Part shown: piece after piece, positions 50,570-51,698 of the stretch
Layout of the letters: each line of letters starts with the position of its first letter
How positions within the stretch are numbered: position 1 is the stretch's first letter
From: Candidatus Eiseniibacteriota bacterium
Lineage (GTDB): Bacteria > Eisenbacteria > RBG-16-71-46
Assembly (NCBI GenBank): GCA_044222065.1
Contig: JBGAOA010000030.1
Span: 1 to 51,698, forward strand
Length of the DNA: 51,698 bases
Direction: 5' to 3'
Made by a program: the position numbers and the translations under genes
The notes under the pieces: model-generated
The model's input: only the letters and a program-made list of their open reading frames with translations
What the model was told of the DNA's origin: nothing
Databases searched by the model: none

Positions 50570-50995
50570 CGCGGATACGGGGATCGTTGCTTCAACAGTA
50601 GTCGCAGGGGCGAGTCTCTCAGGGGAAGGAGACTCACGACCAAGGGCGGCCCGTTCGCGGGTTCGCACCTCCATCGGCGATCGAGGCCGCCCGAGGTCAG
50701 CCCCGCAATCGAAGCAGCGCTTCGCTCGCAGTAGATGTAAGTCGGAGGGCGACTCGATCGCCCGGGGCTCGTACCCAACTGACACTGCTTGATCTCGTTC
50801 AGTACTCGACTCGAAAGGGGTGAGAGGAACTCAGGTCAGTCGAAGTTGTCAGTTCGGTGAGTAGTGGTTCAAGTTCGTCACAAAAAACCAAATACGCCCG
50901 GTCAACGAAGCCGGGAGAGCAGAGGGGTTCATCCCGGTCACTCCCTGTTCTCTCGGGAAGAGGCAGCCAGAAGCAGTCGACCTGGCTGCCTTTTC
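50570..50995 (+). ncRNA. Candidate ~425-nt structured non-coding RNA of unrecognised family
   Basis: Lies between a sigma54 promoter and a terminator; many nested stems; no convincing RBS-start pair. Confidence 0.55.
50957..50995 (+). terminator. Rho-independent terminator
   Basis: AGGCAGCCAG (50961-70) / CTGGCTGCCT (50982-91) followed by TTT. Confidence 0.7.
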
Positions 50996-51034
50996 GCTTG
51001 GGGTCGAATGGGCCCGATGCTAGCTTGCCCCGCC

Positions 51035-51484
51035 ATGCCTCGCTCCAAGCTCTCGCTCGGTTCGACCTCTCTGCTCGCGTTCGCGCTCGCCCTGAGCGTC
51101 GGCAGCTGCGGCGGGAACGCAGGAGACGACGCCAGCACGTCCGCGCAGGGCACGCCGCCGGCGAATCCGCCGGCGTCCACTCCGTCCGCAGGGGATTCGG
51201 CGTCGGCAACCGCGATCGACGGTGCGGCGATCTTCGCCAGCCGTTGCGCGCTGTGCCACGGCCCCAGCGGGCACGGCGATGGGACCGCGGCCAAGGCGCT
51301 CAATCCGAAGCCGCGGAACTTCCGCGATGCCGCATACATGAGTTCGCGGACGGACGAGCAGCTGCTGGAGGTCATCCGCAACGGCAAGGGCGCGATGCCC
51401 GCGTGGGGCAAGAGTGGAACGCTGACCGAGGCGCAGATGCGCGAGGTGCTGCGACACGTGAGGTCGTTCGCCGGTCAGCCTTGA
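51035..51484 (+). CDS. Monoheme cytochrome c, probable lipoprotein
   Basis: Signal peptide with SVGSC lipobox-like site; CALCH heme motif; GDG...LNPKPRNF, MPAWG axial Met. Confidence 0.9.
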   Translation: MPRSKLSLGSTSLLAFALALSVGSCGGNAGDDASTSAQGTPPANPPASTPSAGDSASATAIDGAAIFASRCALCHGPSGHGDGTAAKALNPKPRNFRDAAYMSSRTDEQLLEVIRNGKGAMPAWGKSGTLTEAQMREVLRHVRSFAGQP

Positions 51485-51536
51485 CGGGCCCGGGCTCCCC
51501 GGAAGAGCATTTGAACCGCGCGGGGAGCGGCTGATC

Positions 51537-51566
51537 TTGACAGTGCCCGAATCGGCTGACTATGTT
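51537..51566 (+). promoter_or_regulatory. Sigma70 promoter for tRNA
   Basis: TTGACA-N18-TATGTT followed by GC-rich discriminator GCGCGCGC. Confidence 0.6.
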
Positions 51567-51592
51567 GCGCGCGCTTGCCCTCGACGCCCTTC

Positions 51593-51665
51593 GCTGGCGT
51601 AGCTCAACTGGTAGAGCATCTCATTTGTAATGAGGTGGTTGGGGGTTCGAGTCCCTTCGCCAGCT
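51593..51665 (+). tRNA. tRNA-Thr(TGT)
   Basis: Acceptor GCTGGCG/CGCCAGC, D arm GCTC-AACTGGTA-GAGC, anticodon arm TCTCA-TTTGTAA-TGAGG, T loop TTCGAGT; CCA not encoded. Confidence 0.96.
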
Positions 51666-51698
51666 CAGTTGTCGCCGCGGCGCCCCCGCGGTCGCGGA

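Noticed and set aside
50543..50734. 63-aa ORF (and the 50562 and 50857 ORFs) as the product of the sigma54 promoter
   Set aside because: The first two start inside or before the predicted TSS, none has a properly spaced RBS, and the translations look non-protein-like; a very short peptide cannot be fully excluded
50570..50995. Identity as tmRNA, RNase P RNA, SRP RNA or 6S RNA
   Set aside because: No tRNA-like ends or tag ORF, no GAGGAAAGTCC RNase P signature, no SRP GGAA-loop domain recognised

Overview
High-GC bacterial chromosomal window. Gene content, secreted proteins with T9SS/FlgD-Ig-like C-terminal domains and a 'TWGxVKxLYR' tail suggest an FCB-affiliated lineage such as Ca. Eisenbacteria (inference only). 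The left half (1-28.4 kb) mixes housekeeping genes (prmC 3' part, murA, selB) with many secreted proteins (two FG-GAP proteins, two GEVED-like paralogues, two beta-propeller-like proteins, a BNR protein, a small Cys-rich protein), plus a stand-alone HNH nuclease, a PGAM5-like phosphatase and an NFACT/RqcH-like gene. The right half is a long housekeeping run: yicC-gmk-rpoZ-coaBC-udg-dnaB(intein)-mlaEFD-radA-ybaK-ispD-ispF-gltX-ddl-M42-mscS-cysS. The most novel-looking element follows cysS: a small secreted Gly-rich peptide gene, then a TPR-sigma54 enhancer-binding protein, then palindromic enhancer-like sites, a -24/-12 promoter and a ~425-nt highly structured non-coding region ending in an intrinsic terminator. 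A cytochrome c gene and tRNA-Thr(TGT) close the window. Several genes carry frameshifts or deletions that look like sequencing/assembly errors.
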